Below, piece by piece: positions 9,593 to 20,011 of a stretch of 64,000 nucleotides of DNA. This DNA comes from an uncultured virus (IMG/VR IMGVR_UViG_3300030098_003452). Taxonomy: Duplodnaviria > Heunggongvirae > Uroviricota > Caudoviricetes > Crassvirales. The stretch lies in the IMG/VR virus record IMGVR_UViG_3300030098_003452, positions 1-64,000 of that record. One strand, written 5' to 3'. Position 1 is the first letter of the stretch; each line of letters starts with the position of its first letter. A program made the translations under genes and the position numbers. The notes below the pieces were generated by a model. That model was not told where the DNA came from, ran no database searches, and was given only the letters and a program-made list of their open reading frames with translations.

Positions 9593-10303
9593 ATGTTAGG
9601 ATTAGGAAATATAATAACAGGAGGAGCAGTATTATCTGAGTTTTTACCAACGGATATTAGTGATTTAAGTCTTTGGTTAAAGAATGGAACTGGAGTTACA
9701 GCAGCGCAATGGGATGATTCATCTGGAAACGGTAACCATGTTAAACAGACTACAAGTGGTGAACAAGCAACTGTAACAGATGGTGGGTTACAATTTGAAG
9801 GAGATAATAATGATCATTACGATTTAACTACAGGTATAGATATTGGTGCTAGTAATCCTTTTACAGTATTTGTAGTATTAAATATGCAAAGCTATGACTC
9901 ACAAAATACTATACTAGGTAAATCTGGTGCTGCTAATGATAGATTTTTAGAGATGCAAAACGTTGATCAAATAAGATACAGACAAACAAGTACAACCGCT
10001 GTACTAAAATTTGAAGATAGTGGTAATTTTCCTTTAAGTACAAAATACTTAATTACTGTAACAAAAGATAGTAGCAGAAATTTAGTAGTAAGAAAAAACG
10101 GTAGTGTATTAACCCAAGCTAGTTCTACTGGAAACCCCGTTGCTTCTGGTGCGTTTACAACAGATCAGTTTGGAGGAAGAGGTAATAGTCCTGATAGAGA
10201 TTTTGATGGAACGATATATGAGTTTTTGTTATACGAAAAATTATGTAGTTCTACTGAACTTACTAATATAGAAAATCACTTAATAAGTAAACACGGATTA
10301 TAA
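9593..10303 (+). CDS. LamG-like lectin domain protein (start revised to MLGLG at 9593)
   Basis: LSLWL..., WDDSSGNGNH, FDGTIYEFLLY...IENHLISKHGL. Confidence 0.8.
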   Translation: MLGLGNIITGGAVLSEFLPTDISDLSLWLKNGTGVTAAQWDDSSGNGNHVKQTTSGEQATVTDGGLQFEGDNNDHYDLTTGIDIGASNPFTVFVVLNMQSYDSQNTILGKSGAANDRFLEMQNVDQIRYRQTSTTAVLKFEDSGNFPLSTKYLITVTKDSSRNLVVRKNGSVLTQASSTGNPVASGAFTTDQFGGRGNSPDRDFDGTIYEFLLYEKLCSSTELTNIENHLISKHGL

Positions 10304-10334
10304 GAATAAAATATTAACAATTAAATTAAATAAA

Positions 10335-10607
10335 ATGGCAAAAAGAAAAACAAAAAAAGTAGAAAAACCAACAAGAATTAGTAAAGAAGAATTAAATAGA
10401 ATGCAAAGTATTATTACTAATATTAATAAAGCTCAATTAGAGATAGGTAGCATTGAACATAAAAAACATACTATATTACACTATATAGATAATTTTCAAG
10501 ATCAATTAAATATAATGAGAGATGATTTTGAAAAAACTTATGGTACTAGCGATATTAATATTCAAGATGGTACTATAAATAGAAATAAAAATGAGCAAAT
10601 TAATTAG
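10335..10607 (+). CDS. coiled-coil hypothetical protein
   Basis: 90-aa ORF with heptad pattern. Confidence 0.7.
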   Translation: MAKRKTKKVEKPTRISKEELNRMQSIITNINKAQLEIGSIEHKKHTILHYIDNFQDQLNIMRDDFEKTYGTSDINIQDGTINRNKNEQIN

Positions 10608-10812
10608 AAAAATAACTGTAGGTAAAGATTACAAAAATGATGCTATGCATTATTCTGTTGGTCAAGAAGTTTACGGTGGACACAAAATAAATGATATAAT
10701 AGAAGAAGATGATAAATACTCTATTTATATTAAAAAAAATAACGACGTGTTACCTTGGAAAGACTTTAACAAAAATATGGCTATATCTATAGAGTATAAT
10801 TTAGAATATTAA
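10591..10812 (+). CDS. hypothetical protein
   Basis: 73-aa ORF overlapping both neighbours. Confidence 0.7.
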   Translation: MSKLIRKITVGKDYKNDAMHYSVGQEVYGGHKINDIIEEDDKYSIYIKKNNDVLPWKDFNKNMAISIEYNLEY

Positions 10813-11393
10813 TGAAGGCGCCTTTTGACTTTGTGATAGAGCCAAAAGGAAATAGATATAACAATACTAAAAAAATTGGTGATAAAGATCTTATTATAAA
10901 CACAGAAATAATAAATCATCAATTTGTAAATAGAGAAGCTATTGTTAAATCTATTCCTACAGCTTTTAAAACAGAAATAAAACCTGGAGATACTATTATA
11001 ACGCATCACAATGTGTTTAGACGTTGGCATGATGTTAAAGGTAGAGAAAGAAATAGTAGAAGTTTTTTTGATGAAAATACATATCTTATAAAAGAAGATC
11101 AAATATTTTTATATAAAAGAAACAACGAGTGGACTGCGCCAAAAGGATATTGTTTTGTACAACCTTTACAAAGTACAGATAAATTAGATATAAACGCAGA
11201 AAAACCTTTAATGGGTATAATTAAATATACTGATGGAGTTTTTAATAAAAACGAATTAGTTGGTTTTACACCAAACTCTGAATATGAGTTTATAATCGAT
11301 AATAAAAGATTATATAGAGTTATGACTAAATTTATTACAATTAAATATGAATACGAAGGAAACGAAAAAGAATATAATCCGAGCTGGACGTAA
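10812..11393 (+). CDS. putative tandem GroES-like (double Cpn10) protein
   Basis: Two segments with GroES-like patterns (FVIEP...IKPGDTII; FVQP...EKPLMG...EYEFIIDNKRLYRV). Confidence 0.5.
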   Translation: MKAPFDFVIEPKGNRYNNTKKIGDKDLIINTEIINHQFVNREAIVKSIPTAFKTEIKPGDTIITHHNVFRRWHDVKGRERNSRSFFDENTYLIKEDQIFLYKRNNEWTAPKGYCFVQPLQSTDKLDINAEKPLMGIIKYTDGVFNKNELVGFTPNSEYEFIIDNKRLYRVMTKFITIKYEYEGNEKEYNPSWT

Positions 11394-11625
11394 GGCTGTT
11401 GATGAATTAATTAAAGTTGCAGAAGAAAAAATTATTACTAATACAGAAGATGATGTGTCTGCTGATAGATTAAAAAACGCTGCCGCTACTAAAAAGCTAG
11501 CTATATTTGATGCGTTTGAAATACTTAACAGAATCCAAGAAGAAGAAAATATTATTGAAGGTAAAGAACCCGAGGAAAAAAAAGAAAGAGTATTCAAAGG
11601 ATTTGCTGAAGGAAGATCAAAATGA
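11347..11625 (+). CDS. putative terminase small subunit
   Basis: Small helical protein immediately upstream of and overlapping terL. Confidence 0.45.
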   Translation: MNTKETKKNIIRAGRKAVDELIKVAEEKIITNTEDDVSADRLKNAAATKKLAIFDAFEILNRIQEEENIIEGKEPEEKKERVFKGFAEGRSK

Positions 11626-13841
11626 AATACGAGCAAAGTTTAGTTAAAGTTGTTGAACCTATAAAAAGAACAACTATCACGAGAATGAATCGTGGTAAAA
11701 AGTGGAAACACGGTTATAATAAAGAACATGATTTAATTGTACTATCTCAAAATGGAATTATAGGTGAAATTATAGAAATACAAAATTTAATTATAGCGCT
11801 ACCAAAACCACCTAAAGAAGTGTATACGCATCCAGAGAATAAGTGGGTTAAACAGGAATACCCTAAAGAGCTCCAAAGGATTAAAAATATATTCGATTGG
11901 AGAGGTTATCCGGAAAATAATAAAGAAAAATGGTACGATTATATAGACGAAGAATTTAGAAGAAGAGAAGAAGGATTCTGGTTTATGAACAATGGTAAAC
12001 CAACCTGGATAACCGGTACGCACTATATGTATTTACAATGGAGTAAGATTGATGTTGGTGCTCCAGATTATAGAGAGGCAAATAGATTGTTTTATATATT
12101 TTGGGAGGCTTGTAAGGCAGATAAAAGATGCTACGGTATGTGTTACCTTAAAAACAGACGTTCTGGATTTTCTTTTATGTCGTCAGCTGAAACAGTTAAT
12201 TTAGCTACAATATCAAGTGATAGTAGATATGGTATATTATCAAAAACAGGTGCAGATGCGAAAAAAATGTTTACAGATAAAGTCGTTCCTATATCAATTA
12301 ATTATCCGTTCTTTTTTAAACCTATACAAGATGGAATGGATCGTCCAAAATCCGAGTTGGCTTATCGTGTTCCCGCTAGTAAGTTTACGAGAAAAAAGAT
12401 TACAGCGAATGAACAACTCGAAGATATCAAAGGACTAGACACAACTATTGATTGGAAAAATACAGGTGATAATAGTTATGATGGGGAAAAACTTAATCTA
12501 CTAGTACATGATGAAAGTGGTAAATGGGAGAGACCTGATAATATATTAAACAACTGGAGAGTTACAAAAACATGCTTACGATTAGGTAGTAAAATAGTTG
12601 GTAAGTGTATGATGGGCTCTACTTCAAACGCATTAGATAAAGGTGGAGACAATTTTAAAAAACTATACGACGCATCAGATGTCACACAGAGAAATAGAAA
12701 TGGTCAGACAAAATCTGGTTTATACTCTTTGTTTATCCCAATGGAATGGAACTACGAAGGATTTATTGACGAGTACGGACTTCCAGTATTTGACACTCCT
12801 GACACAGATGTCGTTGACCCAGACGGTGAATTAATAGATATAGGCATAGTAGAGCATTGGGAAAACGAAGTTGAAGGATTAAAATCTGATCATGATGCTT
12901 TAAATGAGTTTTACCGTCAGTTTCCAAGAACAACTGAACACGCGTTTAGAGATGAAGCAAAAAATAGTATATTTAACTTAGTCAAGATATACGAGCAAAT
13001 AGATTATAACGAAGGTATTAATAGTTCTAATGTAACTAATAGAGGTAATTTTCAGTGGGTTAATGGAGTGAAAGATACACAAGTAATATTTTATCCAGAC
13101 CCAAAAGGTAGATTTAATATTAGTTGGGTACCACCTCAGCAACTTCAAAATAGAATTGTTTTAAAAAACGGTGTAAAATATCCCGCAAATGAACATATGG
13201 GGGCATTTGGTTGTGACTCGTATGATATATCTGGAACAGTTGATGGGAGAGGATCAAACGGAGCTTTACACGGGTTAACAAAGTTTAGCATGGAAGATTG
13301 TCCACCTAATCACTTCTTTTTAGAGTATATTGCTAGACCACAAACTGCTGAGATATTTTTTGAAGACGTTTTAATGTCGTTAGTGTTTTATGGAATGCCC
13401 ATACTTGCTGAAAATAATAAACCTAGACTTTTATATTATTTAAGAAGAAGAGGATATAGGGGTTATTCAATGAATAGACCAGATAAAATATGGAACAAAT
13501 TATCTGTTGCAGAAAAAGAAATAGGTGGAATACCTAACTCTAGTGAAGATATAAAACAAGCGCACGCAGCCGCTATTGAAATGTATATACAACAATACGT
13601 TGGACATTTAGGAGATGGAAAGTACGGTAATATATATTTCAATAAAACATTAAATGATTGGGGTAGGTTTGACATAACAAAAAGAACAAAATACGACGCA
13701 ACTATTAGTTCTGGATTAGCAATAATGGCTTGTAATAGACATTTGTATATTCCAAACCCAAAAATAGAGAAACCAAAATTAAACATAAATATCGCTAAAT
13801 ATTCAAATAAAGGTGGTATGTCTAAATTAATTAAAAAATAA
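11622..13841 (+). CDS. terL: terminase large subunit
   Basis: Walker A-like KNRRSGFS, Walker B LLVHDESGK, MGST coupling motif, C-terminal nuclease with FGCD. Confidence 0.92.
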   Translation: MKYEQSLVKVVEPIKRTTITRMNRGKKWKHGYNKEHDLIVLSQNGIIGEIIEIQNLIIALPKPPKEVYTHPENKWVKQEYPKELQRIKNIFDWRGYPENNKEKWYDYIDEEFRRREEGFWFMNNGKPTWITGTHYMYLQWSKIDVGAPDYREANRLFYIFWEACKADKRCYGMCYLKNRRSGFSFMSSAETVNLATISSDSRYGILSKTGADAKKMFTDKVVPISINYPFFFKPIQDGMDRPKSELAYRVPASKFTRKKITANEQLEDIKGLDTTIDWKNTGDNSYDGEKLNLLVHDESGKWERPDNILNNWRVTKTCLRLGSKIVGKCMMGSTSNALDKGGDNFKKLYDASDVTQRNRNGQTKSGLYSLFIPMEWNYEGFIDEYGLPVFDTPDTDVVDPDGELIDIGIVEHWENEVEGLKSDHDALNEFYRQFPRTTEHAFRDEAKNSIFNLVKIYEQIDYNEGINSSNVTNRGNFQWVNGVKDTQVIFYPDPKGRFNISWVPPQQLQNRIVLKNGVKYPANEHMGAFGCDSYDISGTVDGRGSNGALHGLTKFSMEDCPPNHFFLEYIARPQTAEIFFEDVLMSLVFYGMPILAENNKPRLLYYLRRRGYRGYSMNRPDKIWNKLSVAEKEIGGIPNSSEDIKQAHAAAIEMYIQQYVGHLGDGKYGNIYFNKTLNDWGRFDITKRTKYDATISSGLAIMACNRHLYIPNPKIEKPKLNINIAKYSNKGGMSKLIKK

Positions 13842-13842
13842 T

Positions 13843-16266
13843 ATGAGAGGTAATCATAATTTTCCAAGTCAAATAGTTAGTGATAAAGAAAAGTCAACTT
13901 ATGAATATGGGTTGAATGTCGCGAAAGCTATACAAGCAGAATGGTTTGATTCAGAAAGAAATGGAAATAACAGATATTCTAATCACTCTAACAATTTTCA
14001 CAGATTAAGATTATACGCTAGAGGAGAACAGTCAATACAGAAATATAAAGATGAATTATCAATTAATGGTGATTTGTCATATCTTAATTTAGATTGGAAA
14101 CCAGTTCCAATAATACCTAAGTTTGTAGATATAGTTGTAAATGGAATATCAGAACGACAATATTCTTTAAAAGCTTATTCTCAAGATCCTTATGGTGTTG
14201 AAAAAAGAACACAATATATGGAATCTATATTAGATGATATGGCCGCTAAAGAATTTGATGCTATGGCTAAAAATCTATTAAACATGGATTTTACTAAGAA
14301 TAAAGAAGAAGAGATACCCGAAACACAAGAAGAGCTTGATTTACACATGAGTATTAATTATAAACAAGCTGTTGAAATAGCAGAAGAACAAGCTTTAGAG
14401 GTTTTACTTGATGGTAATAAATATGATTTAAATAGAAGAAGAATAATTTATGACCTAACCGTTTTAGGTATAGGAGCAGCTAAAACATCTTTTAATACAG
14501 CTGAGGGTGTAACAATAGAATATGTTGATCCTGCTAACTTAGTGTATTCTTACACAGATTCGCCTTATTTTGAAGATATATATTACGTTGGTGAAGTTAA
14601 ATCATTACCTATAAATGAGGTTATTAAACAATTCCCAGATATAACAGATTCTGAACTAGAAGAAATATCAAAGAGTAATTACAAATATAATTATAGATAT
14701 GGTAATCGTAAAACAAATATTGATGAGGACAAAAACAAAATAGATATATTATATTTTAATTATAAAACATTTAAAAACGAAGTATATAAAGTAAAGCAAG
14801 TTGGTAGTGGCGCAGAAAAAATTATAGAAAAAGACGATGGTTTTAATCCACCTCAAGAAGATGTTAGATTTAGTAAGCTTAGTAGAAAAGTAGAATGTTT
14901 ATATGAAGGCGCTTTAGTTTTAGGAACTAATAAATTGCTAAAATGGAACATAGCAAAAAACATGATGCGACCTAAAAGTGATTTTACAAAAGTTAAAATG
15001 AACTATTCTATAGTTGCGCCTAGAATGTATGATGGTAGGATAGAGAGTTTAGTTAGTAGAATTACTGGTTTTGCTGACATGATACAATTAACACATTTAA
15101 AGCTTCAACAAGTAATGTCTAGAATGATTCCAGATGGAATTTATCTTGACGCGGATGGTTTAGCAGAAATAGATTTAGGTAATGGTACAAACTATAATCC
15201 ACAAGAAGCGTTAAATATGTTTTTTCAAACGGGTAGTATTATTGGTAGATCATATACTGCTGATGGTGATCAAAACGCTGGTAAAATACCTATTCAAGAA
15301 ATACAATCAGGAGGTGGTACTAAAATGCAAAGTTTAATTCAAACTTACAATTATTATCTTCAAATGATAAGAGATACAACCGGGTTAAACGAAGCTACAG
15401 ACGCTAGTACACCAGATCCTAAGTCTTTAGTTGGTATTCAAAAGTTGGCAGCCGCTAATTCTAATACAGCGACTAGACATATACTTCAAGGAGGCGCGTT
15501 TATAACACAGTCTATTGCTGAACAGTTGTCATTAAGAATATCAGATATTGTAGAATATTCACCAACTAGAAAAGCGTTTATACAAGCTATAGGTGCGCAC
15601 AACGTGGCTACGTTAGAAGAAATGTCACAATTACACTTATATGATTTTGGTATATTTTTAGAACTAGCACCTGATGAAGAAGAAAAACAGATATTAGAAA
15701 ACAATATACAAACAGCTCTTTCACAGCAAACTATAGATCTAGAAGACGTGATTGATTTAAGAGAGATTAAAAATATAAAATTAGCAAATCAACTTTTAAA
15801 AATACGTAGAAAGAAAAAGATGCAAAAAGATCAGCAAATGCAACAAGAGAATATGAAAGCACAAGCAGAGGCTAATGCTCAACAAACCCAAGCAGCTGCT
15901 CAAGCAGAGATGCAAAAAGGTCAAGCTGAGTTGCAAAACGAAATACAATTAGAAACTCAAAAAGGAGAAATTAAAAAAGGTACTCTGCACGCTGAAGCTG
16001 AAGTTAAGAAGGCATTAATGGATCATGAGTTTATGTTGAACATGCAAATGAAGGAAATGGAATTAAAAATGATTCAACAAAGAGAAAGTAAAAAAGAAGA
16101 TCGTAAAGATATGAGAGAAATGGGTCAAATGCAAAATAAATCTGAAATGGAAAATCAAAAATTAGAAAATGATTTAACTAAAGAGATAGCAAAAAAAGGC
16201 TTTGAATCTTCTGGTAACGATGTTATTGGAGGAGGAATGAGACTAGGCGCGTTTGAACCTAAATAA
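13843..16266 (+). CDS. portal protein
   Basis: 807 aa after terL; PIIPKFVDIVV motif; long Gln-rich C-terminal coiled coil (P22-like barrel). Confidence 0.85.
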   Translation: MRGNHNFPSQIVSDKEKSTYEYGLNVAKAIQAEWFDSERNGNNRYSNHSNNFHRLRLYARGEQSIQKYKDELSINGDLSYLNLDWKPVPIIPKFVDIVVNGISERQYSLKAYSQDPYGVEKRTQYMESILDDMAAKEFDAMAKNLLNMDFTKNKEEEIPETQEELDLHMSINYKQAVEIAEEQALEVLLDGNKYDLNRRRIIYDLTVLGIGAAKTSFNTAEGVTIEYVDPANLVYSYTDSPYFEDIYYVGEVKSLPINEVIKQFPDITDSELEEISKSNYKYNYRYGNRKTNIDEDKNKIDILYFNYKTFKNEVYKVKQVGSGAEKIIEKDDGFNPPQEDVRFSKLSRKVECLYEGALVLGTNKLLKWNIAKNMMRPKSDFTKVKMNYSIVAPRMYDGRIESLVSRITGFADMIQLTHLKLQQVMSRMIPDGIYLDADGLAEIDLGNGTNYNPQEALNMFFQTGSIIGRSYTADGDQNAGKIPIQEIQSGGGTKMQSLIQTYNYYLQMIRDTTGLNEATDASTPDPKSLVGIQKLAAANSNTATRHILQGGAFITQSIAEQLSLRISDIVEYSPTRKAFIQAIGAHNVATLEEMSQLHLYDFGIFLELAPDEEEKQILENNIQTALSQQTIDLEDVIDLREIKNIKLANQLLKIRRKKKMQKDQQMQQENMKAQAEANAQQTQAAAQAEMQKGQAELQNEIQLETQKGEIKKGTLHAEAEVKKALMDHEFMLNMQMKEMELKMIQQRESKKEDRKDMREMGQMQNKSEMENQKLENDLTKEIAKKGFESSGNDVIGGGMRLGAFEPK

Positions 16267-16297
16267 ACAAAAACTAATTATTTAATATTATTTTATT

Positions 16298-17497
16298 ATG
16301 GCAAAAAAAGAAAAAGAAAAAGTAGCCGAGCAGGCTCCTGAAAAACCACAAGTAGACGAAAAAGTCGAAAAGTTAAAGGTTAAAAAACCTAAAATGAAAA
16401 AATTTAAAACACCTTCTGATAATATAGCTAAAGTAGACCTTAAAGAGTTAGCTAAAAAAGCAGAGGATGTAGTTAAAATTAAAGAGGAACAAAAACCAAT
16501 AGAAGAAATAAAAGTTCCTGAAGAAGTTAAAGAAGAAAACAAAAAGCCAGTTGAAAAAACTGAACAAGTAGAGCAACCAATATTAGAAGAGGTTACAGAA
16601 GAAGCTAAAGAACAACCTACTAATCCAACTGTTCCTACAAAACAACAAATTGAAACTAAACCAGAATATCCAGAAAATATACAAAAACTTGTTAATTTTA
16701 TGGATGAAACTGGAGGTGATATAAATGATTACGTAAAGTTAAATAAAGATTATAGCGACATGGATAATCTTACTTTATTAAAAGAATATTATAAAACTAC
16801 AAAACCACATTTATCATCTGAAGAAGTTGATTTTTTAATGGAAGATCGTTTTTCTTATGATGATGAGGTTGATGAAGATAAAGATATTAAAAGAAAAAAA
16901 TTAGCGTTAAAAGAGCAAGTTGCCAGCGCTAAAAGCCATCTGGACGGGCTAAAGTCCAAGTACTATGAAGATATTAAAGCTGGAAGTAAACTTACACAAG
17001 ATCAACAAAAAGCTATTGATTTCTTTAATAGATATAACGAGGAGTCTAAAGCTACCGAGCAGGCTCAACAAAAAGCTAAAGACAAGTTTTTAAATAAAAC
17101 TAATGAAGTTTTTAACGATGAATTCAAGGGCTTTGAATACAAAGTTGGAGAAAAAACTTACAGGTTTAATGTTAAAGACCCTAACCAAACAAAAGAATCT
17201 CAAAGTGACATTAATAACTTTGTCAAAAAGTTTTTGAACAAAGAGAGTCAAATGGAAGATGCTAAAGGTTATCACAAAAGTCTTTTTACCGCTATGAATG
17301 CTGATGCTATAGCTAATCATTTTTATGAGCAAGGTAAAGCTGATGCTTTAAAAGATAGCGTTGCTAAATCTAAAAACATTGATATGAGTCCAAGACAATC
17401 TCATGAAGATATTGTTGGAAATTCAAGTTTTAAAGTTAGAGCTATAGAAGATGGTAGTAGAACGAACTCAACGTTTAAATTTAGAAAACGAAAATAA
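16298..17497 (+). CDS. capsid scaffolding protein
   Basis: Glu/Lys-rich disordered N-terminus, helical C-terminus, between portal and capsid. Confidence 0.7.
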   Translation: MAKKEKEKVAEQAPEKPQVDEKVEKLKVKKPKMKKFKTPSDNIAKVDLKELAKKAEDVVKIKEEQKPIEEIKVPEEVKEENKKPVEKTEQVEQPILEEVTEEAKEQPTNPTVPTKQQIETKPEYPENIQKLVNFMDETGGDINDYVKLNKDYSDMDNLTLLKEYYKTTKPHLSSEEVDFLMEDRFSYDDEVDEDKDIKRKKLALKEQVASAKSHLDGLKSKYYEDIKAGSKLTQDQQKAIDFFNRYNEESKATEQAQQKAKDKFLNKTNEVFNDEFKGFEYKVGEKTYRFNVKDPNQTKESQSDINNFVKKFLNKESQMEDAKGYHKSLFTAMNADAIANHFYEQGKADALKDSVAKSKNIDMSPRQSHEDIVGNSSFKVRAIEDGSRTNSTFKFRKRK

Positions 17498-17517
17498 CAA
17501 TTTAAAATTAAAACAAA

Positions 17518-19044
17518 ATGGCAATTACAAACGGAGATAATTTGAATTCAATACCTGCTGCACAAAGACAGGTGTTGTCTACAAATTATATTGATTTTAC
17601 ATCTAGCGATACGGCTGGATGGGCACAACAATATCTGCCTGACTTAATGGAAAAAGAAGCTGAAGTATTTGGTAACAGAACTATTTCTGGTTTCTTAGAG
17701 CAAGTTGGAGCAGAGGAGTCTATGACTTCAGACCAAGTAGTTTGGTCAGAACAAGGTAGATTACATCTATCTTATATAGCGACTATGTCAGATGTATCTA
17801 ATAACTATATTGATATTGTATCTGATATTGATGGTAACAGCTTGGCTGATGATGGAGCTGGTGGAAACTTTTATGTTGACAATTCATCTGCTAATCAGCA
17901 AGATCACGGTATTAGAGTAAATGATATGCTTTTAATAGCGTCTGCATCTGCTAATGTTACTACAAGAGTAATAGTATCTGCTATCGTAGCTGATGGTTCG
18001 GCTAATGCTGGTAGATTAACTGTACTACCTTACAATTCAGGAGCTGGTTCTTCTGCGATTGCATTATCTAACCTTGGATTTGTAACTACAGCTAGTGACC
18101 TTAGAGTATTAGTATATGGTTCTGAATACAAAAAAGGTGACAACGGTAGAACAGGTGCTGTTTCTCCAACGTTTAAGTCTTTTACTAATAAACCTATCAT
18201 TATGAAAGATAAGTATGAGATCTCAGGATCTGATGCATCAGCAATTGGTTGGGTTGAAGTTTCTGGTGAAGACGGACAAAACGGTTATATGTGGTACTTA
18301 AAAGCAGAAGGTGATACTCGTCAAAGATTTACTGATTACATGGAAATGTCTATGATTGAATCTATAAAAGGTGTTGCCGCTAACACTACTGCTGACACGG
18401 CTGTTTTACAGGCTAACTTTGGTACAGAAGGTTTATTTGCTGCTATCGAAGATAGAGGTAACACAACAACTGGTGTGACTGGTGTTAACGCTGCTACTGA
18501 TTTAGCTGAATTCGATGCGATTTTAGCTGAATTTGACAAACAAGGAGCTATTGAAGAAAACATGATGTTCGTAAATAGAGCTACTGCTTTAGCAATGGAT
18601 GATATGCTTGCTTCTATGAACTCTTATGGAGCTGGTGGTACTTCTTACGGTGTATTTGATAACGAAGAAGACATGGCGCTTAACTTAGGTTTCTCAGGAT
18701 TTAGAAGAGGTTCTTATGACTTTTATAAATCCGACTGGAAATATTTAAATGATTTCTCTACTAGAGGAGCTATCAACTCTGCTGACGACGTTAACGGCGT
18801 TAGAGGTGTTATAATCCCTGCTGGAGTATCTTCAGTATATGACCAAAACTTAGGTAAGAACTTAAAACGTCCTTTCTTACATGTTAGATATAGAGCTTCA
18901 CAAACAGACGACAGACGATTCAAAACTTGGACGACTGGTTCTGTTGGAGCAACTACTTCTGACTTAGATGCGATGGAAATCCACTATCTATCTGAAAGAT
19001 GTTTAGTAGTTCAAGGTGCTAACAACTTCATGATAATGAAGTAA
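17518..19044 (+). CDS. major capsid protein
   Basis: 508 aa after the scaffold, followed by a strong terminator. Confidence 0.85.
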   Translation: MAITNGDNLNSIPAAQRQVLSTNYIDFTSSDTAGWAQQYLPDLMEKEAEVFGNRTISGFLEQVGAEESMTSDQVVWSEQGRLHLSYIATMSDVSNNYIDIVSDIDGNSLADDGAGGNFYVDNSSANQQDHGIRVNDMLLIASASANVTTRVIVSAIVADGSANAGRLTVLPYNSGAGSSAIALSNLGFVTTASDLRVLVYGSEYKKGDNGRTGAVSPTFKSFTNKPIIMKDKYEISGSDASAIGWVEVSGEDGQNGYMWYLKAEGDTRQRFTDYMEMSMIESIKGVAANTTADTAVLQANFGTEGLFAAIEDRGNTTTGVTGVNAATDLAEFDAILAEFDKQGAIEENMMFVNRATALAMDDMLASMNSYGAGGTSYGVFDNEEDMALNLGFSGFRRGSYDFYKSDWKYLNDFSTRGAINSADDVNGVRGVIIPAGVSSVYDQNLGKNLKRPFLHVRYRASQTDDRRFKTWTTGSVGATTSDLDAMEIHYLSERCLVVQGANNFMIMK

Positions 19045-19056
19045 GAACACTTATTT

Positions 19057-19093
19057 AAAGAGTCGAGGCTTCGGCCTCGGCCCTTTATTTTTA
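19057..19093 (+). terminator. rho-independent terminator after the capsid gene
   Basis: GTCGAGGC-TTCG-GCCTCGGC stem-loop followed by a T-rich tract. Confidence 0.85.
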
Positions 19094-19116
19094 TTAATTT
19101 TATTATATATTATATT

Positions 19117-19953
19117 ATGGCAAAGAAAAAAACAAAAAAAGAAGAGGTAGAAGTACCTGTTGTTGAGACACCCGTTGTTGAAACACCTAAAACTAAAAAA
19201 ATAGAAAACCCTAAAAAACCTCATATAGAGGATAATTGGGAAATAAAAGATAGAACATATTTTTTGAAAAATGGTAAAACACCACTTTCATATATGATTA
19301 GATCAAACAATATATTTTGGTTTGACGAAGATAAGGGTTATGAAAGAGAATTAAAGTATACGGTTAACCAAAGAACACCTTTTGTAGATGAGTTTAAAGG
19401 TGACGCTAGATTAGCTCATATAATATTTAGATCTGGATCTTTATTTGTACCAAAACAAAAGCAAACATTACAAAAACTTTTATCGTTATATCACCCGCAT
19501 AAAGATAGTTTATATGCAGAGTACGAACCAGTGAAAAGAGCTGAATCTCAATTAGATTGGTTAGAATTTGAAATTGCTGCGTTACAAGCTGCCTCTAATT
19601 TAGATATAAACATGATGGAAGCGGTATTAAGGGCAGAGATTGGTTCTAAGGTATCAGAGATGAGTTCTAGTGAGATTAAACGTGATACGTTATTATTCGC
19701 TAAACAAAACCCTCAATTGTTCTTAGAATTAGTTACAGATGAAAATATTCAACTTAGAAATTTTGGTATAAAAGCCACTGAGATGAATATATTAAAATTA
19801 TCTGATGACCAAAGAAATTTTACTTGGGCTAGTACAGGTAGAAAACTAATGACAGTTCCTTTTGATGAGCACCCATATTCAGCTTTAGCTGCGTGGTTTA
19901 AAACTGACGAAGGAATGGAAGTTTATTCCAATATTGAAAAGAGATTAAAATAA
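19117..19953 (+). CDS. hypothetical protein in the morphogenesis module
   Basis: 278-aa ORF after the capsid gene. Confidence 0.7.
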   Translation: MAKKKTKKEEVEVPVVETPVVETPKTKKIENPKKPHIEDNWEIKDRTYFLKNGKTPLSYMIRSNNIFWFDEDKGYERELKYTVNQRTPFVDEFKGDARLAHIIFRSGSLFVPKQKQTLQKLLSLYHPHKDSLYAEYEPVKRAESQLDWLEFEIAALQAASNLDINMMEAVLRAEIGSKVSEMSSSEIKRDTLLFAKQNPQLFLELVTDENIQLRNFGIKATEMNILKLSDDQRNFTWASTGRKLMTVPFDEHPYSALAAWFKTDEGMEVYSNIEKRLK

Positions 19954-19966
19954 TCTAACTGTAGGA

Positions 19967-19990
19967 GCGATCGCCCTACGGGGCGATTGC
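19967..19990 (+). other. intergenic RNA hairpin with cUACGg tetraloop
   Basis: GCGATCGCCC-TACG-GGGCGATTGC with no downstream U tract. Confidence 0.7.
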
Positions 19991-20011
19991 AAACTACAAA
20001 TTAAAAAAAAT

